Below are positions 35,338 to 45,252 of a DNA stretch of 64,000 nucleotides, piece by piece. The notes under the pieces are model-generated. The model was not told the origin of the DNA. It saw only the letters and a list, made by a program, of their open reading frames with translations, and did no database searches. The position numbers and the translations under genes were made by a program. Source of the DNA: Alphaproteobacteria bacterium (GTDB taxonomy: Bacteria; Pseudomonadota; Alphaproteobacteria; GCA-2731375); contig CBDDBZ010000032.1 of the NCBI GenBank assembly GCA_965225945.1, positions 160,001-224,000 of the forward strand, in the 5' to 3' direction. Position 1 is the stretch's first letter. Each line of letters begins with the position of its first letter.

Positions 35338-36429
35338 CTAGCGACGGCGGATCCGGGTGACGTGACCCATCTTGCGGCCTTCCCGGACGTCCTCCTTGCC
35401 GTAAAGATGGAGGTGGTTTTCCGGGTCGGTCAGCAACTCCCGCCAGCCATTCACCTCGTCGCCGATCAGATTTGTCATCACGGCTTCGCCGAGGCTCGTC
35501 GTGTCGCCGAGCGGCAGACCCAAAATGGCGCGAATATGCTGCTCGAATTGCGAAGTGACCGCACCCTCGATGGTCCAATGGCCCGAATTGTGGACCCGCG
35601 GCGCGATCTCGTTCAACAGCAAGGCGCCCGACGGCAAGTGGAACAGCTCGATGCCCATCACACCGACATAGTTCAGGCCTTCCAGCAGCCGGGTCGCGAT
35701 CTCCCGCGCCCGCGCCGCCGTCTCGGCCGAAATTGCGGCCGGCGCGATGCTGGTCCTGAGGATGTGGTCTCGATGCCGGTTCTCTACCGCCTCGTAGCAA
35801 GCGACGGCGCCGTCGCGACCCCTGGCGGCGATGACCGAGATCTCCCGCTCGAAGGCGACGAAGCCTTCCAGGATCGCCGGCGCGCCGGCCAGCGCGGCGG
35901 CAGCGACCTCGACATCCGCCGGCGACGCGAGCCGGACCTGCCCCTTGCCGTCGTAGCCGAGACGGCGTGTCTTCAATACCGCCGGCGCGCCGATCTCGGC
36001 GAACGCCCCGGCCAACCCGGAGGCGTCGTCGACGGCGCGGAACGGCGCCGTCTCGATCCCCAGCTCAGCCACGAAGCGCTTCTCCGCCAAGCGATCCTGG
36101 GTCGTCGCCAGCGCCTCGGGGCCGGGGTGGACCGGCACGCGCTCGGCCAGGCGCCGCGCCGCCGCCAAGGGTACGTTCTCGAACTCGTAGGTCACGACGT
36201 CGACCCTCTCGGCGAAGCGGTCGAGCGCGCCGGAATCGTCGTAGAGCGCAACCGTTTCCCGGGCGGCGACTTGCGTCCCGGGCCCGCCCGCCTCGGGGCT
36301 GTAAACGTGCGTGACAACGCCGAGGCGCGCGGCGGCCAGGGCCAGCATGCGGCCCAGCTGACCACCGCCGAGGATACCGACGACGGCGCCGGGGCCGGCC
36401 TCTCTCGGCCCGACCGTCCGGCTAGTCAT
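35338..36429 (-). CDS. purK: N5-CAIR synthetase
   Basis: [37 protein letters not shown]. Confidence 0.96.
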   Translation of the reverse strand: MTSRTVGPREAGPGAVVGILGGGQLGRMLALAAARLGVVTHVYSPEAGGPGTQVAARETVALYDDSGALDRFAERVDVVTYEFENVPLAAARRLAERVPVHPGPEALATTQDRLAEKRFVAELGIETAPFRAVDDASGLAGAFAEIGAPAVLKTRRLGYDGKGQVRLASPADVEVAAAALAGAPAILEGFVAFEREISVIAARGRDGAVACYEAVENRHRDHILRTSIAPAAISAETAARAREIATRLLEGLNYVGVMGIELFHLPSGALLLNEIAPRVHNSGHWTIEGAVTSQFEQHIRAILGLPLGDTTSLGEAVMTNLIGDEVNGWRELLTDPENHLHLYGKEDVREGRKMGHVTRIRRR

Positions 36430-36916
36430 CCACGGGCGAATCGGGAACCTGCTCGGTCTGCCGCCGTCGCCAGCCGGCCAGCGCCTCGGCGACCGCCTCG
36501 TCTTCCAAGGCCACGATCTGGGCCGCCAGGAGACCGGCGTTGACCGCGCCGGCGCGGCCGATGGCGAGGGTCGCGACCGGGATGCCGGCGGGCATCTGCA
36601 CGATCGAGAGCAGGCTGTCGAGACCGGAGAGGATGCGGCTCTCGATCGGGACGCCGAGCACGGGAAGCGAGGTCATGGAGGCGGCCATGCCCGGCAGATG
36701 CGCCGCCCCGCCGGCCCCGGCGATGATCGCCCTGAGGCCCCTCTCGGCGGCGGAGCGCGCGTAGGCGTAAAGCCGGTCCGGGGTCCGATGGGCGGAGACG
36801 ACGCGCCGTTCGTGGGCGACGCCGAGTTCGTCCAGCATCGCGCTGGCGTGACACATGGTTTCCCAGTCCGAGCGGCTGCCCATGATCACGCCGACCTTGG
36901 GTGTCGATGTCTCCAT
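36422..36916 (-). CDS. purE: N5-CAIR mutase
   Basis: [29 protein letters not shown]. Confidence 0.97.
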   Translation of the reverse strand: METSTPKVGVIMGSRSDWETMCHASAMLDELGVAHERRVVSAHRTPDRLYAYARSAAERGLRAIIAGAGGAAHLPGMAASMTSLPVLGVPIESRILSGLDSLLSIVQMPAGIPVATLAIGRAGAVNAGLLAAQIVALEDEAVAEALAGWRRRQTEQVPDSPVDD

Positions 36917-37112
36917 GCTTTCCTCCCGGCGACGGTCCGGAATTATAGGCGGCTGGCCGGCGGCGCCGCAATTTCCGTTCAACTGATTGAGAAGATTTGG
37001 TAATCTTTTCGTGCCCAGGTAAGTTGCGAGCTTTATCCTCGGCGCTGGCTCGGGCCGGAAAAGGCCGCGCCCGGGGCTCGACGCGAGATCGATCGTCTGG
37101 GAAACGGACGGT

Positions 37113-37871
37113 ATGAAAATCGGCGACAACAGACCACTCGGCAGTCCCAGCGCGGCCCGCACGGGCGCGCGGGACGCCGCGCGCGCTTACGCCGGCACGG
37201 AAGCCTCCGCGCCGCGCGCGACGGAAGACAGCACCACCATTCTCGGCATTCCCGAGTCGGAACTGACGCCCAAGGTGCGCGAGGCGATCATGAAATTGAT
37301 GCACGAAGTGGAGACACTTCGTCGCGAGCTCGATCGCACCCATGAGCGCCTGAATCACATGGAGAAGCTGGCCGATCTGGACCCCCTGGCACCGATCGCC
37401 AATCGGCGCGCCTTCGTGCGCGAACTCACCCGCGCGATTTCCTTCGCCGAACGCAATCAGAGCCCGCCGAGCTTGGTTTATTTCGACGTCAACGGCTTCA
37501 AGGCGATCAACGACAATTACGGCCACGCGGCGGGCGACAAGGCGTTATTGCACGTGGCGAGCGTCCTGCTGGAGCGGGTGCGCGAATCGGACGTCGTCGG
37601 TCGCTTGGGCGGCGACGAGTTCGGTGTCATCCTGGCCCAGACGAGTGAGACGCGCGCGCGCGAAAAAGCCCAGACGAGTGAGACGCGCGCGCGCGAAAAA
37701 GCGATGCAACTGGCCGAGGCGATCGAAAACGAACCGGTGGCGTGGGAAGGCACCGATCTGCTGATAAAGGTCGCCTACGGGATCACCACCTTTCAGGGCG
37801 GAGAAGATGCCCTGGCGGCGGCCGACCGGGAGATGTACGAGCGCAAGGCCAGCATGAAATCCGAGGGCTGA
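37113..37871 (+). CDS. Diguanylate cyclase
   Basis: [25 protein letters not shown]-site, GGDEF. Confidence 0.92.
   Translation: MKIGDNRPLGSPSAARTGARDAARAYAGTEASAPRATEDSTTILGIPESELTPKVREAIMKLMHEVETLRRELDRTHERLNHMEKLADLDPLAPIANRRAFVRELTRAISFAERNQSPPSLVYFDVNGFKAINDNYGHAAGDKALLHVASVLLERVRESDVVGRLGGDEFGVILAQTSETRAREKAQTSETRAREKAMQLAEAIENEPVAWEGTDLLIKVAYGITTFQGGEDALAAADREMYERKASMKSEG
37635..37700. repeat. Perfect in-frame 33-bp tandem duplication ([11 protein letters not shown] x2)
   Basis: 37635-37667 = 37668-37700. Confidence 0.95.
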
Positions 37872-37959
37872 ATTCTCGGCCCGGCCCGGCGTGAGCCCGA
37901 GTCATGGCGACGGCCCCGGCGGGGGACGTCCGGACCGCTCCGCTCATTGGTGCACCCTT

Positions 37960-38235
37960 TGATCGGTGAGCGTTGCGAATCGGCGTACCGTGCACCATCC
38001 GAGCGTCCGCCGCGACGGCCTGCTCCGCTTGCCGCTCGCCGGCCAGGGGGAGACCCGCCGCGCGGCGGTGCACCACCCGAGCGTCCGCCGCGACGGCCTG
38101 CTCCGCTTGCCGCTCGCCGGCCAGGGGGAGACCCGCCGCGCGGCGGCCGGGAGCGTTGAACGGACCACAGGGTGTTGCGCCAAGGCCTCTCGGCCAGAGC
38201 GCCGGTCAATGAGCGATCCGCGCAGGCTCCCAGCT
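37960..38235 (+). ncRNA. Bridge RNA with two target-binding loops and one donor-binding loop (ends approximate)
   Basis: LTG GCTCCGCT 38022/38100, RTG AGGGGGAG 38045/38123, LDG CACAGGGTGT 38166, RDG CAATGAG 38207; closing stems CCGCCGCG/CGCGGCGG and GGGAGC/GCTCCC. Confidence 0.85.
37990..38145. repeat. 78-bp tandem repeat x2, one mismatch
   Basis: Units start at 37990 and 38068; CACCATCC versus CACCACCC. Confidence 0.95.
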
Positions 38236-38270
38236 CGGGACAACTTATCGCAATCGAGGAGGTAGGGAAC

Positions 38271-39485
38271 ATGGGATATTGTGTGGGAATAGATTGGGGT
38301 GGCCTCGCACATGCCGTTTGCGTCGTCGACGACGCAAACGGCATGTGCGTCGAAAATTTCGAGGTGGCCCACGGCGCCGCCGGGATAGCCGAGCTGCTCG
38401 CCCGCCTGGCCCGCATCGCGCCGCCGGAGGAAATGCCGATCGCCATCGAGCGACCTTCCGGCCTGCTGGTCGAGAGCTTGATCGAGGCCGGCCATCCGGT
38501 GATCCCGATCCACCCCAACGTCGTCAAGGCCTGCCGCCCGCGCTACCGCGCCGCCGGCGGCAAAAGCGATCCGGGCGATGCCTACATGATCGCCGATATC
38601 CTGCGAACCGATGGCCATCGCTTCCGCGCCCTCACACCGTGCTCCGACGAGATCGAGGCCTTGAGCGCTCTGGTCCGCACCCGCGACGACCTGGTCGCCA
38701 AGCGCGTCGCCATCGCCAATCAGCTGCGCGGCCTGCTCGACGGCTTCTGGCCCGGCGCCGGCGCCGTCTTCGCCGATATCGACAGCAAGATCGCGCTCGC
38801 CTTCCTCGAACGCTATCCCACCCCCGACAGCGCCCGGAGCCTCGGCGAGAAACGCCTGGCCGCTTTCCTCGCCCGAAACCACTACAGCGGCGGCCGGAGC
38901 CCCCGCCAGCTGCTCGATCGCCTCGGGGCCGCCGCCCGCGGACGCGCCGGCCCCGCCGAAGTCGAGATGAAAGGCGAACTGGTGCGTGCCCTCGTCGCCG
39001 TCCTCCGCCCGCTGGTCGAGCGCCTCGGTGAACTCAGCCGACGCCTCGAGCGAGAGGTCGCCGCGCTTCCCGATGGACGGATCATCATGTCCTTTCCCCG
39101 CGCCGGCCGTGTCTGCGCGGCTCAGATCCTGGCCGAACTCGGTGACGTCAGGGAACGATACCTCTCCGCCGATCACCTCGCCGCCGAGGCCGGCGCCTGC
39201 CCCGTCACTCACGCGTCCGGAAAATCCAGGGGCGTCAAATTCCGATGGGCCTGCAATCATCGCCTGAGGCGCGCGATCACGACCTTCGCCGATAACTCCA
39301 GGCACGAATCCCAGTGGGCACAAGACATCTATCTCGCCGCCAAGAAGCGCGGATGTCGCCACGCCCATGCCATCAGAATCCTCGCCCGCGCGTGGATCAG
39401 GGTCATCTGGAGAGCATGGACCGACGGAAAACCCTACGACCCGCAAAAACATCGAGCCGCAATGCGCGCCACCGAGATAGGTTGA
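38271..39485 (+). CDS. IS110 DEDD recombinase (404 aa)
   Basis: GIDWG, IAIE, KSDPGDA (DEDD), AGACPVTHASG serine; RBS GAGGAGG. Confidence 0.95.
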   Translation: MGYCVGIDWGGLAHAVCVVDDANGMCVENFEVAHGAAGIAELLARLARIAPPEEMPIAIERPSGLLVESLIEAGHPVIPIHPNVVKACRPRYRAAGGKSDPGDAYMIADILRTDGHRFRALTPCSDEIEALSALVRTRDDLVAKRVAIANQLRGLLDGFWPGAGAVFADIDSKIALAFLERYPTPDSARSLGEKRLAAFLARNHYSGGRSPRQLLDRLGAAARGRAGPAEVEMKGELVRALVAVLRPLVERLGELSRRLEREVAALPDGRIIMSFPRAGRVCAAQILAELGDVRERYLSADHLAAEAGACPVTHASGKSRGVKFRWACNHRLRRAITTFADNSRHESQWAQDIYLAAKKRGCRHAHAIRILARAWIRVIWRAWTDGKPYDPQKHRAAMRATEIG

Positions 39486-39495
39486 CACAGGGTGT

Positions 39496-39570
39496 CTCCC
39501 CCTCCGGGCCGCCCGGAAAAGCTCCCCTCAATGGGTGGCCCGGAGGGGTCCCGGAGGGGGAGCGGAGCGG
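39496..39570. repeat. Remainder of REP-like palindrome interrupted by the IS110
   Basis: 39550-39570 is the exact reverse complement of the reconstructed empty site CCGCTCCGCTCCCCCTCCGGG. Confidence 0.85.
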
Positions 39571-39590
39571 CCGAGACTTATGTCCATCGC

Positions 39591-40813
39591 CACAGTACAC
39601 GACTCGTTCATGCTGGCTTTGGCCTGGGCACCTGGACTGGTGGTTTTCCGGGGACGAGGAAACGAATCAGCTCAATGGCTTGACGCCTGTCGATAGGATT
39701 GACGAGCTGTCGCCTTATCCACTCGAAACCGTATCGGAAGATGGATTTTGCCATCCTTTTGTGGGTTTTGAGGCGGATCGGCTCGGCCTCGTGGAGCCAA
39801 TCGCCGACTTTGTGCGCCCAGCAGAAGGTGATGGAAAGGACGGCGGTGAGCTTGGAGATGCGCTCCGGGTCGGTCATGTGGGTGTCTTCGAGGTTGAAGC
39901 CACGGGTTTTCAAGGCGGCGAAGAGGGTCTCGATTTGCCAGCGCTGGGCGTAGATGGCCAAGGCCTCCTCGGGCGCGTCGTTGGTCACGACGATCAACAG
40001 TTCGCCGGTCTTGAGATGGAGCGCGGCGACGAAGACGGGCCTGGCCTTGGGTTTTCTGGCCTCCGAGAGGCGCCTGGCGTTGGAGAGGATGCGGCTTTCC
40101 CCGGGTTTGAGGTCGCGAAACAGCTCCCTCGCCTTGACCATGCGACCACGCGTGTTGGCGATCTTGATGTTGGATCGGATGCGGATGTGAAAGGGGATGG
40201 CCTTTTCCTGCAACCATGCCAGCCAGGCGTCGCCGATGAATTCCCGGTCGGCCAGGAGGCTGGCGATCTTGTCGACCCCGAAGAGCCGGAGGACGTGTTC
40301 GAGGATCGCGATCCGCTCCTTGGTATTGGAATTGCCCGCCTTGTCGAGCACCCGCCAGCACACGGGAATGGCGATGGCGCGGTTGACGATGCCGATCATC
40401 AAGATGTTGACGTCGCGGCGACCCAGCCGCCAGTTGGTCCGGTCCATGGTCAGCCGCCACGGCCCCGCCTGGAGCCCCATCATCGCGACCAGGAACTCGG
40501 CGAGGCGATCGTAATCGAAATCGACTTGCTCGAAAAACCGTTGCAGGCGCCGATAGTTGGAGCTGGATCGCGCGCGCCCCGGAAAGTGGCAGGCCAAGTG
40601 AGAGAGGTTCACCGTCCGGGCGACGAACACGCCGAAGACCAAGACGCAAAGGCTCTCCAGACGGCTCTTGCGAAAGGCGAAGCCGCATCGTAGCGTCTCA
40701 CGCAGGGCGTTGATCGGGTTGTCTCGCATGATTTCCCTCTTGACTCGTCGTGGAGTGAATCGGGAATCCTACAACCTTTTCAACGTCCTACGTAAATGCC
40801 GTCGTGTACCATG
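39591..40813 (-). mobile_element. IS4-family element with 9-bp target duplication
   Basis: IRs CACAGTACACGAC / GTCGTGTACCATG; GTCCATCGC at 39582-39590 and 40814-40822. Confidence 0.92.
39608..40729 (-). CDS. IS4-family DDE transposase
   Basis: MDRTNW, ADREF, YAQRWQIETLFAALK (YREK motif). Confidence 0.93.
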   Translation of the reverse strand: MRDNPINALRETLRCGFAFRKSRLESLCVLVFGVFVARTVNLSHLACHFPGRARSSSNYRRLQRFFEQVDFDYDRLAEFLVAMMGLQAGPWRLTMDRTNWRLGRRDVNILMIGIVNRAIAIPVCWRVLDKAGNSNTKERIAILEHVLRLFGVDKIASLLADREFIGDAWLAWLQEKAIPFHIRIRSNIKIANTRGRMVKARELFRDLKPGESRILSNARRLSEARKPKARPVFVAALHLKTGELLIVVTNDAPEEALAIYAQRWQIETLFAALKTRGFNLEDTHMTDPERISKLTAVLSITFCWAHKVGDWLHEAEPIRLKTHKRMAKSIFRYGFEWIRRQLVNPIDRRQAIELIRFLVPGKPPVQVPRPKPA

Positions 40814-40824
40814 GTCCATCGCTA

Positions 40825-41112
40825 TCAGTCGGGCCGTTCGACGATGACGCGGCCCCGGCCGCGACGCAGCACATAGCCGCCCCTCGGAATGGAGAGTTTT
40901 CCCGCCTCGATCAGCGTCCGCAACGCATCTTGAATTCGTACCGCGTTACGATCGACCTGCGTCTTCGTCGGCGCGGGCTTGCGCGCCAGCCATTCGGCAA
41001 ACGTCCTGTTCGCGATGTCGTCGCCGAGCGATTTTCTGAGCGCGTTGAGTTTCCGCACCTCCATGCGAGTCAGCGCGCCTTCGTCGATTGCACCCTTGGA
41101 ACCTTTGGCCAT
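40825..41112 (-). CDS. Small basic hypothetical protein (95 aa)
   Basis: ATG-started ORF ending RGGYVLRRGRGRVIVE; preceded by AT-rich intergenic region. Confidence 0.7.
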   Translation of the reverse strand: MAKGSKGAIDEGALTRMEVRKLNALRKSLGDDIANRTFAEWLARKPAPTKTQVDRNAVRIQDALRTLIEAGKLSIPRGGYVLRRGRGRVIVERPD

Positions 41113-41481
41113 GTTACCCTAATTCCCTAACCGAAAACGACACCACTTAGCTGGTGCCGATGACCAAAATAGTTCAAATGCAACCCTGGTCAAGGAATTC
41201 GTGGGAATGATTTGGTAAGCTCGGCGAGAATCATTTTCGAAGTCACGCATTTGATGTGGTTCCACGAGCCGATTGCGATATACATGCAGCCTCTACTGGG
41301 AATCCGTCGATCCACGACCACGGTATGGCGAGTTGCTTGGCCATGCGCGTTCGGTTTTCGATTATTTCGCCTATATTGCCGAGCGTGCCGCGTCGGGCCG
41401 GACAAGGCGCTAGAGCGCTTCAAGTTTGCAGCGAATCGCCGGGCCGGGGGAGTGGGCGGCCTCGACCAGGCTTGAAACGTG

Positions 41482-43403
41482 CTAGCGGAACTGAGCGCAG
41501 TCGTAGATATGAAAGCGCCTGACCGAGCGCCGCTCGGGACCGCCGCCGCGCGAAACTTCGTCGACCCGCGCCAACGGCGCGGTCCAGGTCCGATGTCGGA
41601 CATCGGCCAATTCCGCGTCCAACACCAACAGGTCGAGATCGGGAAGCTTCTGCAGGCATGGGCGAGCCGTTCACCCGGCTCGCCCTCCGCCATCCGGCGC
41701 GCCTCGGAGCGGCGGGGTCGACAGACCGAGACGCCCCGGAACTCCGCCAATTCCATGGCCGCGAGCACAGCGTGACGACGACCGTAGGCGATGGCCAGAT
41801 CACGATTGAAAATCGATGCACTGCCCTGCACGCAGGAGAGATAGCTGGCACGGCCGAGCGCGAACCAGAGAAAGGTGACACCGCTTTCCCAATAGACGCT
41901 CCGGCCCTCCGGCAGCAGGCGGCGGAGTTCCGCGTCGACCTCACGAGTCGCGTGGTAGCGCATCCAATCGCTGCGCCGATCGGCGATTCCCAGCGCCAGC
42001 GCGAGGACGACCACACCGCCCACGACGCTTGCGACACGCCGGCGGGGCGCCAGCACCGCGACCAGGAGGACGACGGCGGCCGGCGCCATGACCGTCATCT
42101 CGCGCACGAAGATGGTATCGAGGTCGAGCACCGGGGCGATGAAGAACAGGCTCCCAACCGTCCCCACCGCCGCCAGCGCGGATCCCACCACGCAGAGCGC
42201 GAGCAGCACCCGCGCCAGCATTCGGAGCCCCCCGCCCATCAGTCGCTCTCGGGCCAAAATCGCAAGTCCCGCCGCCGACAATGCCACGACGGTCATCACG
42301 CCGCCGACGTGGAAGAAGCGGTCGAGAAACCACACCAGCAGCGCGCCGAGGTAGAGCGCGAGAGTCCAGCGCTCGCCCTCCGAACTGCCCGACCAGAGGC
42401 CGAGCAGGATCCGCGCCGCGCTCAGGTTGGCGATGACCGTCAACAGCCAGACCGCCCGCCACGGCTGCGCGTTGATCACCAGCAGGTCCCGCAAGCCCTC
42501 GCCGAGAGCCCAGGAGGCCGCGAAGCCGCCGGCGACCACCCCCAGCAACACCGCGCCCAAGCGGCGCTCGTTGCCTGAGACGAAGCGGCGGGCCAGCAGG
42601 ACGAAAAGCGTCAGGGCGACGGGTCGGGCGTATTCGTCGAAGTTCCAATTGCCGACCAGCGCATAGGCGTCGCGATGCTCGACGACGGCGTACCAAGCCT
42701 CGTCCATGACCTCGAAAAGACGCGAGAAAGGCGCCACGCCCGCGAGCGCCAGGACGATCGGCAACGTCGCCGCCGCCGCCACCGCGAGCCACCAGCGCCA
42801 GCGCGCACGCCCGGGGCGGCTCGCCTCGAACAGCAGCGCCACCCCGGCGCCCGGCCAAGCGATCAAGGGATGGAGAACAAGCGCCGCCGCCAGGGCGAGA
42901 CCGGCGAGGAGACGGCGTCGCCCGAGCAAGAGGGCGAGGCCCAGCAACACCATCGCCTCGGCGAAGAGACGCGGCGTCGCATAGGGCTCGGCGTAAGCGA
43001 AGATCCGGTTGGCTCCGTATTCCCCCGGCAGCGCGGCGAGCGCCAGCAGCAGGATCCACCGCGCGCTCGGCGCGGCCACCATCACCCCTATCAGGGCGAG
43101 CGCGCCGATCAGCCACGAGGCCTGTCCCAGGACGTAGAGGGTGAAGGTGGCGCCCTCCAGGCCCAAGGCGGCGGCGAGGCTCCCGTAGAGCGCCGGAAAG
43201 ACCGTGAAACGCCCCTGAAAGCCGTGGGCGAAGAGAATATCGTCGTCGAGGAACCCCGGGTCGAGCCAACGCAACGCTTCCGCCGCGTAGAAGGGGCCGT
43301 CGTGATCGATCCCGAAATAGGGATGCCCGGCGAGCCAGATCGCCGCCAGCAGCACGGCGAACGTCAGCGTCCAAAGACCACCATCCCTGACGCTATCTCG
43401 CAT
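41482..43403 (-). pseudogene. Polytopic membrane protein (possibly GT-C glycosyltransferase-like) with frameshift near 41650
   Basis: Many TM helices, HPYFGIDHDG, FAYAEPYATPR; alternative frame gives KLPDLDLLVLDAEL...FHIYDCAQFR* ending 41482. Confidence 0.65.
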
Positions 43404-43437
43404 GACGGCGTCCCGGCCGGCGTCGCCGCGCCCCGGG

Positions 43438-44592
43438 TCAGGCCTTGGCGAGGGCTTGGTCGAGGTCGGCGATGATGTCTTCCACGTCCTCGATGCCGAC
43501 GGAGAGGCGCACCAGCCCATCGGAGAGACCGCGGGTGTGGCGTTCCTCGGCCGGCACCTCGGCGTGCGTCATCGTCGCCGGATGGGTGATCATGGTCTCG
43601 ACCGCGCCCAGGCTCTCGGCGAGGCCGCAGAGCTCGACCCCGTTCATCACCGCCCGACCGGCGGGAAGGCCGCCCGTCAACTCGAACGAGATCATGCCGC
43701 TGTAGCCGGACATCTGGGCCTTGGCGATCTCGTGGCGCGGATGGGATTCGAGACCCGGATAGATCACGCTCGCCACCTTTGAATGGTCTTCCAGGTATTC
43801 CGCCACCTTCTGCGCGTTCTCGGCGTGCCGCGCCATGCGCAGATGCAGCGTCTTCACGCCCGCCAGCGTCAGCCAGCAGTCGAAGGGGCTCGGTACCGCG
43901 CCGATGGTCTTCTGCAGGAACTTGAACTCGTCGTGAATGTCCTCTCGGTCGGTCACCACCACGCCGCCGATGATCTGGTTGTGGCCGCTCAGATACTTGG
44001 TGGTGCTGTGCATCACGATGTCGGCGCCAAATTCCAGCGGGCGCAGGAACACCGGCGTCGCGAAGGTGCTGTCGACGGCGTAGATCAGGTCGTGCTCCTC
44101 GGCGATCACGGCCATCGCCTCCAGGTCGGTCACCTTCAGCAGCGGATTGGTCGGGGTCTCGATCCAGAGCATCTTGGTCTCCGGCCTGATGGCTTGGCGG
44201 ACGATGTCGGCATCCGAGGTGTCGACGTAAGTGAAGTTCATGCCGTAGCGCGGCGTGAGCACCCGATTGAAGTAGCGGGTGACGCCGCCATAGACGTCCT
44301 CGGAGCAGACCACGTGGTCGCCGCTGGAGAGAATCTGCAGGCAGGTGCTGATCGCCGCCATGCCACTGGCGTAGCAGACAGCGTACTTGCCGCCCTCGAT
44401 ATGGGCGAGGTTGCTTTCCAGCACCTGACGGGTCGGGTTGGTGGATCGGGTGTAATCGAAGCCCTTGTCGCGGCCGACTTCCTCGAGCACGTAGGTCGCG
44501 GTCTCGTAGATCGGCGGCACGATCGAGCCGGTGGTCGGATCGGGCTCGATACCTGCGCGCACGACGGTGGTGTCGAACTTCACGGGCGGCAT
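43438..44592 (-). CDS. Cys/Met metabolism PLP enzyme (cystathionine gamma-synthase/lyase)
   Basis: YTRSTNPT, ASGMAA, ETPTNP, HSTTKYLSGH, AESLG, RLSVGIE. Confidence 0.92.
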   Translation of the reverse strand: MPPVKFDTTVVRAGIEPDPTTGSIVPPIYETATYVLEEVGRDKGFDYTRSTNPTRQVLESNLAHIEGGKYAVCYASGMAAISTCLQILSSGDHVVCSEDVYGGVTRYFNRVLTPRYGMNFTYVDTSDADIVRQAIRPETKMLWIETPTNPLLKVTDLEAMAVIAEEHDLIYAVDSTFATPVFLRPLEFGADIVMHSTTKYLSGHNQIIGGVVVTDREDIHDEFKFLQKTIGAVPSPFDCWLTLAGVKTLHLRMARHAENAQKVAEYLEDHSKVASVIYPGLESHPRHEIAKAQMSGYSGMISFELTGGLPAGRAVMNGVELCGLAESLGAVETMITHPATMTHAEVPAEERHTRGLSDGLVRLSVGIEDVEDIIADLDQALAKA

Positions 44593-44745
44593 TCCTTCTG
44601 CTGGGCGAGCACGGCGCCAACATAATGAAGCCGGCGGGAGATGTATATGATCGGCGCGCGCGCCTCGGTCGGACTCGGAGCGGTTTTCCGGCGCCGTTGC
44701 CGCGAGGTACTTTTCCCGGGGTCTCGAGCGCCCTATATCCCGGCC

Positions 44746-45252
44746 ATGAACGTCGCGCTTCCAAACCCTCGAGTCAGCGCCTGGCTGCTTCTGGCGGCAA
44801 GCGTCATGGCGCTCGCCGGCGCCTTCGCGGCACAGTACGGCCTCGATCTGGAGCCCTGTGTGCTCTGCATCTATCAGCGCTGGCCACATGCGGTGGTGAT
44901 CGCGCTGGCCGCCCTCGCGCTGGCGGCGCCAGACGGCCCGGCCCGGATCGGGCTACTGGGCCTGGCGGGACTGGCGCTGCTGCTCGGCGCGGGCGTCGCC
45001 GGATATCACGTCGGCGTCGAGCAGCATTGGTGGCGGGGAAGCCAGGCCTGCACGGCAAATATCGGCGGCGCGGCGAGCCTGGAAGAGTTGAAGGCCCAAA
45101 TCATGGCGGCGCCGATCGTTCGCTGCGACGAAATCGCCTGGTCGTTCCTGGGAGTCTCCATGGCGGGCTATAATTTCCTCCTCTCGATGGGCGCGGGCGG
45201 CTTCGCCCTGCTGGCGGCGGGACGGTTGGCGCGAACGCGGAGAGCGGCATGA
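44746..45252 (+). CDS. dsbB: Disulfide bond formation protein B
   Basis: PCVLCIYQR, YHVGVE, second Cys pair (C...RCD). Confidence 0.9.
   Translation: MNVALPNPRVSAWLLLAASVMALAGAFAAQYGLDLEPCVLCIYQRWPHAVVIALAALALAAPDGPARIGLLGLAGLALLLGAGVAGYHVGVEQHWWRGSQACTANIGGAASLEELKAQIMAAPIVRCDEIAWSFLGVSMAGYNFLLSMGAGGFALLAAGRLARTRRAA

Larger units (their letters stand above)
37943..39497 (+). mobile_element. Intact IS110-family (bridge recombinase) element, CT core at both ends
   Basis: Left junction GCTCCG-CT-CATTGG, right junction CACAGGGTGT-CT-CCCCCT; both match guide segments in the 5' non-coding end. Confidence 0.9.

Noticed and set aside
37990-38145. 78-bp repeat as a CRISPR array or as a coding repeat (ORFs 37793..38527, 37966..38265)
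   Set aside because: Only two units, no unique spacers and no cas genes; the repeat is better explained as a bridge-RNA loop, and the ORFs are low-complexity GC shadows.
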